Virus record (IMG/VR): IMGVR_UViG_3300039452_000120
From: a virus
Length of the DNA: 64,000 nt
Direction: 5' to 3' (one strand)
Under the pieces are notes generated by a model. That model was not told where the DNA came from. It did no database searches and saw only the letters and a list, made by a program, of their open reading frames with translations. Shown here piece after piece: positions 1 through 8,422 of this stretch. Positions within the stretch are counted from its first letter, which is position 1. Each line of letters opens with the position of its first letter. The translations under genes and the position numbers were made by a program.

Positions 1-19
1 AACGTTATCAACAATCAAT

Positions 20-673
20 ATGGAAACTCTTACTTCTCAACAATTTGTAGATGAGCTATTGGGAATAGCTAAATCACAATCAGTAAAGCGCGTAGTTGAT
101 TTTCTCAGTGATGAGAAGAACTATGGTAATATAGGTTATCAGGATGTTAAAGAACTGTCTGAACAAGGCAATTCTGCTTCATTGCGTGAATATCGGCTCG
201 TGCCTGTTTACGGTCACATTCTCGTTAGTACCCACAATCCAAAGAATGAAGACAAAGTAATGTTTACTGGGCTGCGAGCAATGGTGTATGGGTTAGACAT
301 TCTTCTGAAGAACAATACAATAATGTTCCTTAACAATTGTACTGTTGGTCAAATGGATGCTTACGATACGGAAGCACAGGTGCATGTAGACCCAAAGACG
401 CTAAAGGAAACTGTATCAATGACAGGTTTAAACAAGAAGTTGCCTAAGAATTGGAAAGCCAACCTTGATTTTGTTCAGTATCGCTACATGTTTCATTACA
501 GTGTCATTCCGACATTGGAATTTGCGATAGGTGAGGATAGGCTTCACGTCTTGGTCAGGGAAGCACTCATTCACAAATACAATGATTTATTGCGCAAAGA
601 AGACCATCGTTCTGGGGGTTTCGCGTTTCAGGCAGAATGTGTTAGCAATCCAAACATAATGTATGTATCATGA
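20..673 (+). CDS. hypothetical protein (early region)
   Basis: 217-aa ATG ORF; its stop overlaps the next start (ATGA at 670-673); no motif recognised. Confidence 0.5.
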   Translation: METLTSQQFVDELLGIAKSQSVKRVVDFLSDEKNYGNIGYQDVKELSEQGNSASLREYRLVPVYGHILVSTHNPKNEDKVMFTGLRAMVYGLDILLKNNTIMFLNNCTVGQMDAYDTEAQVHVDPKTLKETVSMTGLNKKLPKNWKANLDFVQYRYMFHYSVIPTLEFAIGEDRLHVLVREALIHKYNDLLRKEDHRSGGFAFQAECVSNPNIMYVS

Positions 674-1029
674 AAGTTAAATGTTGGAACTGTGAATTTG
701 TATATGAGGACAGTGGCAAAATCTGCTGTCCTCGTTGTGGAGAAAGGAAGTCTGGTGTAACAGCCAAGTTGTTTGATACCCCAGAACCTTCCCCAATATT
801 CTTTGAAGCAACTGATACTCATCAGGCTGTCTTAGAAGGTATAGCGAGAAAAGCCATTAAGAAATACAAAGAATTGTTAAAAACTGGATTGTATCCTCAC
901 TTGATGTTATTGCATTCTTATGTTCAGGGACGACGAGGATGGATCATTGAGTTTGAAGCCCGTAAGCTGGGTGACCGGGAATATCTCATCACTCAAAGCA
1001 TTATTAATCGCTTGACCGTCAACAATTAG
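670..1029 (+). CDS. zinc-ribbon protein
   Basis: N-terminal CWNC...CPRC four-cysteine pair; coupled to the upstream ORF. Confidence 0.5.
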   Translation: MKVKCWNCEFVYEDSGKICCPRCGERKSGVTAKLFDTPEPSPIFFEATDTHQAVLEGIARKAIKKYKELLKTGLYPHLMLLHSYVQGRRGWIIEFEARKLGDREYLITQSIINRLTVNN

Positions 1030-1090
1030 CGAAAATATTTTGCCGTTTGAGAAATATTTACGAGATTAGCCATATTAAAACAAACGAAAA

Positions 1091-1381
1091 ATGAAAAAGC
1101 TTATCTTAACCATCTCAATCGCAGTAACAGTATTAACTGTAAACGCTCAAACCAAAAAACCGCGTGTTTACGAACACACTGACACAACTTATCTTATTGC
1201 TGCCCAAGGAAAAGTTCGTCACATTACTACAGCTGATTATCAGTTCGTATTGAAGAGCGTGAAAAATCCGTTCATTATGCCAACTAAAGTTTCTGCTCAG
1301 GTCAACAATGACATAGCAGACGTCATTTTAGCCGTATTGGAAAACCGTGATCGTAAAGCAATTTTAGCAAGTCATGAGTAA
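1091..1381 (+). CDS. small exported protein
   Basis: N-terminal signal peptide MKKLILTISIAVTVLTVNAQ; A-rich leader. Confidence 0.55.
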   Translation: MKKLILTISIAVTVLTVNAQTKKPRVYEHTDTTYLIAAQGKVRHITTADYQFVLKSVKNPFIMPTKVSAQVNNDIADVILAVLENRDRKAILASHE

Positions 1382-1793
1382 AGTTTGCGGGCGCAAGTTA
1401 CTTGCTCAATACGAGCAATCACGTGAGGACTTGAAGCAAGTCCACGCTCAAAACTATGATAATCTGCGTAAAGTATACGAAAGACAAGCACTCGATTGTG
1501 TTGTTAAAGAATATAAAAAGTGTACTTGGCGTGGATCGTTGTTCGCTAAAGATGTGTTAAAACACAATAAACGCATCTTTCCCAATGGTGTTCAATGCAT
1601 AACCATTCAATTGTCTGATAAAGGAATTTACTTCATGAGCAATGCCGGACACATCCGTCCATTGGTTGGATACGATCATGTTTCACTTCACCTTAATGAC
1701 TTGATCACATTGTTAGATAGGATTATTGAGTTGAACAAAATTCAAACCAAGAAGTGTAATTGCTTGGAAGTAGCTCACCGTGAAAGTGCGTAA
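1374..1793 (+). CDS. hypothetical protein
   Basis: 139-aa ORF overlapping the upstream stop by 8 nt. Confidence 0.5.
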   Translation: MSKVCGRKLLAQYEQSREDLKQVHAQNYDNLRKVYERQALDCVVKEYKKCTWRGSLFAKDVLKHNKRIFPNGVQCITIQLSDKGIYFMSNAGHIRPLVGYDHVSLHLNDLITLLDRIIELNKIQTKKCNCLEVAHRESA

Positions 1794-2196
1794 AATGTTA
1801 CGAAAAACCAACAAAGAAGTTAAAGGACTTATCGACGATGCAATCAAGAGCGGAGCGAAAGTCCTTTTTTTGCCAGAAAATCTCATGCGAGCGGCAATAA
1901 AATGGTTAGCCCCATCCGAACCCACGATCGAACGGCTAAAGTTGAAAGACAAGCAGAAAAACACCCTTCTCTTGATTGAACCATATGATGTACCTGAACC
2001 TGAGAAGGTAGCTGAAATCCTTATAAAGGGACACAATCTTACAGTAAATTACTTAGAAGGGGTGTGGTCGATTGATGATATACAAAACCAACCAAAAGCT
2101 GAAATTGAAGAGGCTGCTCAGCGTTGGCATGCTGAAGGTCATATTAAGTTGACACCTGAAGACATTGATATAATTAACAGGCTGTTTGGTATTTAG
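1780..2196 (+). CDS. hypothetical protein
   Basis: 138-aa ORF, followed by an intergenic gap with a terminator hairpin. Confidence 0.5.
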   Translation: MKVRKMLRKTNKEVKGLIDDAIKSGAKVLFLPENLMRAAIKWLAPSEPTIERLKLKDKQKNTLLLIEPYDVPEPEKVAEILIKGHNLTVNYLEGVWSIDDIQNQPKAEIEEAAQRWHAEGHIKLTPEDIDIINRLFGI

Positions 2197-2209
2197 CTTC
2201 ACGTCTTCT

Positions 2210-2220
2210 CAGTTATTCAA
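2210..2220 (+). promoter_or_regulatory. copy of recurrent intergenic motif CAGTTATTCAA
   Basis: One of seven intergenic copies of CAGTTAT[TC]NA; see findings. Confidence 0.3.
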
Positions 2221-2257
2221 CTGTCGATAAGGGAATAGATTTTTCATAGTTACTTGT

Positions 2258-2296
2258 ACACTCTACAGCGCGAGGCTTGTAGAGTGTTTTTATTTT
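2258..2296 (+). terminator. rho-independent terminator
   Basis: Perfect 10-bp stem ACACTCTACA/TGTAGAGTGT, 10-nt loop, then TTTTATTTT. Confidence 0.75.
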
Positions 2297-2373
2297 AAGA
2301 AAGTTTTACTTTCTCAAAACTATTTTCGACCTTTGGCGTTAAACAAATCGGATAAAATTCAACAGGTAACAGT

Positions 2374-2571
2374 ATGAAAACTCTCATTTTAATTAATTGC
2401 GGTACTCCAGTGGGTACTTACCCGGAAGATCAAATTGCTCAAGAGCGCGTTAAGTTTGAGCACTACCACGGACACATTTTCAAAGAACGTGATGCTTTTC
2501 CTCACGAAATTGCTAAGGAAGTTGAAAAGCGTGCTTGGGCTCAGTTATCAATATTTCAATTGGGAAATTAA
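2374..2571 (+). CDS. hypothetical protein
   Basis: 65-aa ATG ORF, first after the terminator. Confidence 0.4.
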   Translation: MKTLILINCGTPVGTYPEDQIAQERVKFEHYHGHIFKERDAFPHEIAKEVEKRAWAQLSIFQLGN

Positions 2572-2593
2572 TAGTAGCAACGTTAAAGAGCAT

Positions 2594-2848
2594 ATGAGAA
2601 AGTTTATTATGTCCCTATTAGCTAAGAGTGAAACGGGAACAGAAAGGAAACACTTAGTATTAAAGTCAGTTGTGCCTAATCAGTACGAAGATGCTGAAAG
2701 AGCCAAGCAACTTAGCACCACAGGTAAGAAATCTGCAATATTGGTTCTACCTGCAGTAATGCCACCTCAAAGAGTTAGTTACAATGCGTTTCAAAACAAT
2801 GTAGCTAAACAATTAGCACCAAAAGGTACAAGACGTAGATCAGCATAA
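2594..2848 (+). CDS. hypothetical protein
   Basis: Track ORF 2435-2848 trimmed to the internal ATG at 2594 (MRKFIMS...) so it does not overlap 2374-2571. Confidence 0.4.
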   Translation: MRKFIMSLLAKSETGTERKHLVLKSVVPNQYEDAERAKQLSTTGKKSAILVLPAVMPPQRVSYNAFQNNVAKQLAPKGTRRRSA

Positions 2849-2865
2849 GTAAGATTTACGTTATA

Positions 2866-2905
2866 AGAAAGGGCTGAATTGGTGAACTCCGACTCAGCCC
2901 TTTCT
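2866..2905 (+). terminator. terminator-like hairpin
   Basis: Perfect 12-bp stem AGAAAGGGCTGA/TCAGCCCTTTCT with a 16-nt loop; the trailing T-tract is weak. Confidence 0.5.
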
Positions 2906-2935
2906 GCTGTTATAGAGCGATAAAATTTGAATTGC

Positions 2936-2946
2936 CAGTTATTGAA
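2936..2946 (+). promoter_or_regulatory. copy of recurrent motif CAGTTATTGAA
   Basis: Lies just after the hairpin, upstream of the first ATG candidates of the next ORF. Confidence 0.3.
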
Positions 2947-3019
2947 AGTTTCCAATAAGTATCACAAGACTCACGTCTGTGGTATGATAGGTACGACACA
3001 AAATCTAAAAAGTGTAAAA

Positions 3020-3196
3020 ATGGAAACTTCCGGCAAGCAGCCCACCAAAAGGCTAAAAGAACGTTTAGAGGACGATGATCGTCAGGACATCGGTAAGGGT
3101 CATCTGTATGAAGATGATATCAATAAAAAGCATGAAGAAATAGGTAGTCGTCACAAGAACCATGGCACTCAGAGAGGAAATATTAAAAAGGGCTGA
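3020..3196 (+). CDS. small charged hypothetical protein (start uncertain)
   Basis: Track ORF 2927-3196 starts on TTG; the internal ATG at 3020 (METSGKQ...) is more plausible; overlaps the next ORF by 35 nt. Confidence 0.25.
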   Translation: METSGKQPTKRLKERLEDDDRQDIGKGHLYEDDINKKHEEIGSRHKNHGTQRGNIKKG

Positions 3197-3398
3197 AGCC
3201 CTACAAATTGTCCCTGAAGAAGTGCTGGACATTGTGACACAAACTTTTGTAGGCATTACTTTCGATAAAGTGTTCTACAAGAAAGACCGTCTGGTCAAGA
3301 GTTTTGTAAACAGACAAGAAGTTTCAGGGTTTAATGTTTCACTTGAAGGCAAGTCAAAGAAAGATTTGTTAATTGTAATAAGTAAAACAGTAAGCTAA
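3162..3398 (+). CDS. hypothetical protein
   Basis: 78-aa ATG ORF; TAATG junction with the next gene. Confidence 0.45.
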   Translation: MALREEILKRAEALQIVPEEVLDIVTQTFVGITFDKVFYKKDRLVKSFVNRQEVSGFNVSLEGKSKKDLLIVISKTVS

Positions 3399-3898
3399 TG
3401 CATAAAATTGTTCATTCACGGGCTGAAAAGCTTAAGAAAGTAATACATCTTGTTGACCTTAACAAGAAAGTTGACTTTGACCCAGAAACTGCCACCTTTA
3501 TACTTGTACCTTGTAATTGCAAGTTCATGGCTGATTTTGATAGGTGTGAAGTAGATGAAATATTGTATAATGTCAATTCTTACATATTGGAGCAGAATTA
3601 CAAGAAAGGGTATGAAATTCCTTTTTTGGGTAATTTTGGCTTCTTTATTGTACGTAAGTTACAAGAGTTGACAAAAGATAATGAATTTGTAGAGGTGTTG
3701 AATAATGGGGACGTTGATATTGTGGGACAAGCAATCACTATGAAACTCAACTTCTTTCAGCCCTTTAAAACCATTTTAGAACAAATCAATGTGACCTTAG
3801 CTGACGTGGAGAAGCACCGCAAGGTTAAATTGGGTAGAATTGTATACTTGAAAGCTGCTTCAACCAAACTGAAAACTGATGGCAGAAAGCGAAAGTGA
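3398..3898 (+). CDS. hypothetical protein
   Basis: 166-aa ORF, translationally coupled (TAATG). Confidence 0.55.
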   Translation: MHKIVHSRAEKLKKVIHLVDLNKKVDFDPETATFILVPCNCKFMADFDRCEVDEILYNVNSYILEQNYKKGYEIPFLGNFGFFIVRKLQELTKDNEFVEVLNNGDVDIVGQAITMKLNFFQPFKTILEQINVTLADVEKHRKVKLGRIVYLKAASTKLKTDGRKRK

Positions 3899-4268
3899 TA
3901 ACAATCACGCTGAGGACGAGAGCAGTTCACCACGTAATAAACTGAGACGCTTATTTATTGAGTTTGAAGACGTTACTTTCTTAGCGAGGGATTTTATGCG
4001 CTTCAAGCGGTCACAATCCACGACCACTAAATATAGCAGCGGAGTGGATTTTAAGCTGACGCTGCAGATGGCTGTTCCACCTTATGAGGAAGTGTTCAGC
4101 TATCCAACTGAAGAATTACGTAATGAAGCCTATGAGTTGTTGAGAATGCGATTACAAGATTGTGGGGTGATATTCGAGACAGCCAAGCCAATAGAGTTAA
4201 AAACAGTAAAAGAAGACACCTTAAACAACGAATCAGATGAACAACAAGCCTACCCCAGAGCAGATTAA
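3879..4268 (+). CDS. hypothetical protein with acidic termini
   Basis: 129-aa ORF. Confidence 0.5.
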   Translation: MAESESDNNHAEDESSSPRNKLRRLFIEFEDVTFLARDFMRFKRSQSTTTKYSSGVDFKLTLQMAVPPYEEVFSYPTEELRNEAYELLRMRLQDCGVIFETAKPIELKTVKEDTLNNESDEQQAYPRAD

Positions 4269-4854
4269 GGAAGCCATGATCGACATGTGTAAAGACCTTA
4301 TTGAGTTTCACGAAGGTGAACTTACACGTCTTAGAATGACTTTGGCTTTATTAGACGGCACTGCTGAAGAATTAGTAGATGTTAAGAAAGATCAAGATGT
4401 TCCATTTGTGCCGCTTGAACAACCTATTGTAACTCAATTGGAAGGACTTAATGGGAATGTCTATAAAGTTTCACCTACTGACTCTGGTTATGGTGATATT
4501 TTGTCGCAAGCTAAAGAAACTATCAAGAATGGGGAAGGTCACACTGTGAAAGGCTTAGTAGTGGAAAAATTGCCTACTGAGACCATTAAAATGTCTGGTA
4601 CAAACTTGGACTTCTTCAAGGTTGCACAAAAACTTCGCGGCAAGCGTTCACAGCGGGAAATAGCTAACGCCATTGGTTGTTCAGATGTATTGGTTGGTTA
4701 TATTGAAACAGGTCGTGGTGGTGTAAGCATGAATATGGTCAGGAAAATAGCAGAATATTACAAGTTTCATATTACTGAGTTTGTGGTTCCTGAAAAACTG
4801 AAAGGCAGCACGCTGAAAAAGCGTGAAAGTCGGGCTACTAAGGGAGAGGGTTGA
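4237..4854 (+). CDS. XRE-type helix-turn-helix protein
   Basis: C-terminal KRSQREIANAIGCSDVLVGYIETGRGGVSMNMVRKIAEYY matches the Cro/C1-type HTH pattern. Confidence 0.6.
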   Translation: MNNKPTPEQIKEAMIDMCKDLIEFHEGELTRLRMTLALLDGTAEELVDVKKDQDVPFVPLEQPIVTQLEGLNGNVYKVSPTDSGYGDILSQAKETIKNGEGHTVKGLVVEKLPTETIKMSGTNLDFFKVAQKLRGKRSQREIANAIGCSDVLVGYIETGRGGVSMNMVRKIAEYYKFHITEFVVPEKLKGSTLKKRESRATKGEG

Positions 4855-4899
4855 GGTTGCCTCAAGGCACGCTCATTAATCACCAACCCATTTCTTTTA

Positions 4900-5421
4900 T
4901 TGATACAAAATAACCTAAAGAAAGTTCGTACAATTACGAACCGCGCAGCTGCGACGTTTCAATATGACCACGATGAGATATTCTCTCACACTTGTGCTTG
5001 TCTTGTAAAATATTCTGAAAAGTACAAAGACAAATTTTCTGATTTCGGGTCTCAAATACATGGCTTCATATACACAATAGCTAAAAATCATTGTATCAAT
5101 ATATATCGTAAGGAACGATACATGCCAATGATTGATATTGAAACAGTGTACGATGTAGCTGATAATAGTAGGTCTACTGAACAACCAAATCTTGCCCATA
5201 AGGATGCTTTAAAGGACGTGCTTAAGGCTATTAATGAGTTTTTAGAAACCAAGCCACCCAAATACAAAGAAGTGTTTCAGGAACACTTTATTAATGAATT
5301 AGGGTATGAGGAAACCGCAGCAGTTGTTGGTATTCCATGCGGGTCAGTGAAAACTATAATACATTATATTCGTAAGTTTGTACGCAATAAATACGGGAAG
5401 TCTTATTTGTCAGTTGCCTGA
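4900..5421 (+). CDS. ECF-like RNA polymerase sigma factor
   Basis: Region-2-like FIYTIAKNHCINIYRKERY and region-4-like LGYEETAAVVGIPCGSVKTIIHYIRKFV; TTG start, so the exact start is uncertain. Confidence 0.7.
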   Translation: MIQNNLKKVRTITNRAAATFQYDHDEIFSHTCACLVKYSEKYKDKFSDFGSQIHGFIYTIAKNHCINIYRKERYMPMIDIETVYDVADNSRSTEQPNLAHKDALKDVLKAINEFLETKPPKYKEVFQEHFINELGYEETAAVVGIPCGSVKTIIHYIRKFVRNKYGKSYLSVA

Positions 5422-5438
5422 TCAGCGTTATTTGTGTT

Positions 5439-5993
5439 ATGGCAATGGTTAATGGTGGTTTATACCTATTTTCTCCAGATGAATTGTTGAACGAAGGGCA
5501 TTCTATACCGGGTTTTATTGACGAACAAGGTATAAGAGATTTGTTATGGATACAGGAAAATTTAGGTAGTAAGCTCTATATAGCAGCAGGAAGATGTCCA
5601 AATTGTGGTGAAAAGCAAATCACTATGTATATGAATATGCAATATACAAATTGTCTTCATTGTGGTTTTCAACTTTCCTTACAACCTAAAACAATACAAG
5701 AAAAAGCAATATTTGCTCAAGAGAACTTTCACACTAAAAAGAAGAAGCACAAGCGTATCGACAATAGCTATGAAGAAGATGAAATAGTTGAAGACCAATA
5801 TGAAATTACAGAAATTAATCCAAGGTTAGCTGATGTAATGATGTGTATTTGGAATGTTCAATTTAAGCGCAATCCAAGTGCTGTTTGGCCAGTTATTTAC
5901 AATAACAGTTTATATAAACGAAAATTATTAAAAATCAAGCGGTTATGGAAAACTTTATTAAAATTGATCCACGAGATGATGAAGATGAAATAG
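5439..5993 (+). CDS. zinc-ribbon protein
   Basis: CPNCGEKQ...CLHCGF four-Cys motif; basic C-terminal tail. Confidence 0.5.
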   Translation: MAMVNGGLYLFSPDELLNEGHSIPGFIDEQGIRDLLWIQENLGSKLYIAAGRCPNCGEKQITMYMNMQYTNCLHCGFQLSLQPKTIQEKAIFAQENFHTKKKKHKRIDNSYEEDEIVEDQYEITEINPRLADVMMCIWNVQFKRNPSAVWPVIYNNSLYKRKLLKIKRLWKTLLKLIHEMMKMK

Positions 5994-6085
5994 AAGAACG
6001 TGATGGTCACATCAACTATGAACAAGACGATGATGATGAGTGGGATGAGGAAGATGATGATTTCTATTACGATGATGAGGATTAA
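5945..6085 (+). CDS. 46-aa hyper-acidic protein (not in ORF track)
   Basis: ATG 5945 to TAA 6083-6085 gives MENFIKIDPRDDEDEIEERDGHINYEQDDDDEWDEEDDDFYYDDED; more than half the residues are D/E; below the track length cutoff. Confidence 0.4.
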   Translation: MENFIKIDPRDDEDEIEERDGHINYEQDDDDEWDEEDDDFYYDDED

Positions 6086-6096
6086 CCTGTAAAAAT

Positions 6097-6357
6097 ATGT
6101 TAATAAATAAAGAAAGTGATCCAAGTATTGACGATGTGATCATACTTGAAGGCATACAAGGTTTACCATTGCAAAATGTGGTAAATTATGATACAGATAG
6201 CCGGGAAGCCACAATTGAGCAACAACTTGGATATGTACAAAATAATCCATTGTTACCAATGCAATATGGCTATTCACAAGTAGCTTATCCTAATAGCATA
6301 GTTACAGACGCTAAAACGGGAAGACGGCTACAATTTAATGCGCCACCAACAGAATAA
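6097..6357 (+). CDS. hypothetical protein
   Basis: 86-aa ATG ORF. Confidence 0.45.
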   Translation: MLINKESDPSIDDVIILEGIQGLPLQNVVNYDTDSREATIEQQLGYVQNNPLLPMQYGYSQVAYPNSIVTDAKTGRRLQFNAPPTE

Positions 6358-6359
6358 CA

Positions 6360-7049
6360 ATGGAAAATAACACAAAACAGGAAAAAGACCTTTCTCCAAT
6401 AAAGCAAATGTTGGAGTGGTTACAATCTTCAACTTTTACTTTTGCAAGAGGAACGGGAATAAGCAAGACAATAATTGCTGAAAAGTACTTTCGTATGATG
6501 AAGGATACTCCATTTGAAATAGTAGGGTATAGTGATTTTCACGACACTGCCACAGAAATGGGAATGATCATTGAAGTAGCAGTACTAAATTCAAATGTTC
6601 AGCATTTTGCTTGGAACGATAAAATACCTACTGTTACTGATAAAGTTGTTAAAGACTTTTATATTGTATTGATGGCCAATATGGCTTCCCGGCATCAATC
6701 AGTTACACCTAAAACAGGTCAAAAGACTAAAGCTAAAATGCCTAATGAGGCTGATATGGACGTGCTATTAGATGTTACAATATCCCCTAATCAGTTCAAT
6801 CATTGTATTGAGCAAATAACTTTAAAGAGCGACTTCATATCTTGTAATAAGGTAGAATTAGCTGCTACAAAAGTATTAGTAGTAGATGATGAAAATTGCG
6901 CGAGTGGGATGGTTTTAGTGTTTCAGAATGATCAATTCTTAAATATAGCTGCTACGGAAATACCTGTAAACAAAAAGATCAAGCTTATTACCTTCGCTGT
7001 AGCTAAAATCGCACCCAATTTTACTGTAACAGAAGTAACCTTTGTATAA
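6360..7049 (+). CDS. hypothetical protein
   Basis: 229-aa ATG ORF. Confidence 0.55.
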   Translation: MENNTKQEKDLSPIKQMLEWLQSSTFTFARGTGISKTIIAEKYFRMMKDTPFEIVGYSDFHDTATEMGMIIEVAVLNSNVQHFAWNDKIPTVTDKVVKDFYIVLMANMASRHQSVTPKTGQKTKAKMPNEADMDVLLDVTISPNQFNHCIEQITLKSDFISCNKVELAATKVLVVDDENCASGMVLVFQNDQFLNIAATEIPVNKKIKLITFAVAKIAPNFTVTEVTFV

Positions 7050-7052
7050 GTC

Positions 7053-7196
7053 ATGGTTCAGAAAATCTTAGTTGGTATAGTAATGCTTGTTATTGTCGCT
7101 TTAGGAATTTTCACCATCATCAAAGTTATAGACAGTAACAAGCAACCACAAAATGAGAAATTTACCCATACCACTTCCCAAAATTCTGGTCGTTAA
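7053..7196 (+). CDS. small single-pass membrane protein (not in ORF track)
   Basis: ATG 7053 to TAA 7194-7196; MVQKILVGIVMLVIVALGIFTIIKVI... has one hydrophobic helix. Confidence 0.35.
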   Translation: MVQKILVGIVMLVIVALGIFTIIKVIDSNKQPQNEKFTHTTSQNSGR

Positions 7197-7398
7197 GACC
7201 CTTCCCAATCACAATCATCATTTACCTGTTCCGCTCGTAAAGGGTGAAAAGGTGATTGTAGTGAATGATCAGTTTCACTTCCTCACAAATGAACCAATCA
7301 ACAATCGTCAATTTGTGAGAGTTCGCCACAATGGCAACCGTACTGAATCAGTGTTTTCTATTGATTATTTCAAGACCTTATCCAGCGTTAAGAACTAA
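7153..7398 (+). CDS. hypothetical protein (start uncertain)
   Basis: 81-aa ORF; the N-terminal 44 nt overlap the small TM ORF. Confidence 0.4.
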   Translation: MRNLPIPLPKILVVKTLPNHNHHLPVPLVKGEKVIVVNDQFHFLTNEPINNRQFVRVRHNGNRTESVFSIDYFKTLSSVKN

Positions 7399-7399
7399 C

Positions 7400-8080
7400 A
7401 TGAAAGGAAACATGATGGTACTGGATTGCGAAACTGGGGGCTTATCAATTGATGAGCATCCTATTACCCAGTTTGCAGCAGTCATAATTGATGAAAATTT
7501 CACTGAAATTAACCGTTTTTCTACATTCGTAAAACCATATCATGGGTTAACAGTTACTAAAGCAGCTTTGGATGCTACGATGGTAAGTTTAGCTCAAATC
7601 AACAAGGGGATGAGCATCTCAGACTTTTTAGATGCTTTGGAGAAGTTTTGTAAACAAGCGACAACAGGTGGCGGTAAATACATCTATTTGCCTACAATTT
7701 GTGGTCACAACGTGAGTTTCGACATAGCAATGATGAAGCGTGCTTTTGAGTTGGAAGGTCGGGACATGACGAAGTGCTTTGATAATAATAATGGTGAATT
7801 TGTTCGGAAGGATACATTAGAAATAGCTGAACTAAAGTGGCCAAAGTTTAAGCACGATGACCCAGCTGCTAACTATAAGCTTAAGACTTGTTGTAAGAAT
7901 ATGGGTATTAAACTTACAGATGCTCACGGAGCAATGAATGATGTATTGGCCACATGGAAGCTTTTAAAGACATTTTCCTTGGATTTAAGCGGTAGCGGTG
8001 GTTCGGGAACATCGAAGGTCATCGACCGGGATTTAGGCATTCAGGACACCCCCAAAGCACGTAAAAAATGGAGATTTTAA
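7400..8080 (+). CDS. DnaQ-like DEDDh 3'-5' exonuclease
   Basis: ExoI MVLDCETGGL, ExoII GHNVSFDIAMM, ExoIII HGAMNDVLAT; trimmed to the ATG at 7400, right after the upstream stop. Confidence 0.75.
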   Translation: MKGNMMVLDCETGGLSIDEHPITQFAAVIIDENFTEINRFSTFVKPYHGLTVTKAALDATMVSLAQINKGMSISDFLDALEKFCKQATTGGGKYIYLPTICGHNVSFDIAMMKRAFELEGRDMTKCFDNNNGEFVRKDTLEIAELKWPKFKHDDPAANYKLKTCCKNMGIKLTDAHGAMNDVLATWKLLKTFSLDLSGSGGSGTSKVIDRDLGIQDTPKARKKWRF

Positions 8081-8418
8081 CTAACAATAAACAAATGGAA
8101 ATAGGCGACAACTTAAATGAAGAGAACATCTGGGGTAAGATGCGTGAACATTATCCCAATGCAATGGATGATTTTGGTGATTGGATGGACAAGTATAAAG
8201 AACGTGTAAAATGGAAAACCATGTTCTTTAAAACCAAGTTTCACGACATCCCAGCTGAATTACAATTTGGTGTGATGATTCAGTACTTCTTTGAAAAGAA
8301 GATGATTGATGGGATGACTTTTGATATGGATAGAAGTATCCCAACTGCTATTAATATCAAGACTTTTGCTAAACAAATTGATTATTATTTCAACAAACTG
8401 GAAAATCGACTAAAATAA
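8068..8418 (+). CDS. hypothetical protein
   Basis: 116-aa ORF. Confidence 0.5.
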   Translation: MEILTNNKQMEIGDNLNEENIWGKMREHYPNAMDDFGDWMDKYKERVKWKTMFFKTKFHDIPAELQFGVMIQYFFEKKMIDGMTFDMDRSIPTAINIKTFAKQIDYYFNKLENRLK

Positions 8419-8422
8419 CAAA

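Noticed and set aside
1030-1090. Host-type Bacteroidota promoter consensus (TTTG ... TAnnTTTG) upstream of genes
   Set aside because: Only near-misses were seen (for example ATATTTTG at about 1035 and ATAATTTG at about 22990). None fits the spacing and consensus well enough to annotate without a matrix scan.
2197-2373. Search for tRNA or other structured RNA in the longer intergenic gaps (2197-2373, 2849-3019, 18008-18126, 19481-19591, 22955-23028)
   Set aside because: By eye I found no cloverleaf-compatible arms or T-loop GTTCRANYC-type box. The only strong structures are simple terminator hairpins. A tRNAscan/Infernal run would be the decisive check.
2435-2593. N-terminal 53 codons of track ORF 2435-2848
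   Set aside because: They overlap ORF 2374-2571 almost entirely in another frame. The internal ATG at 2594 gives a non-overlapping 84-aa product.
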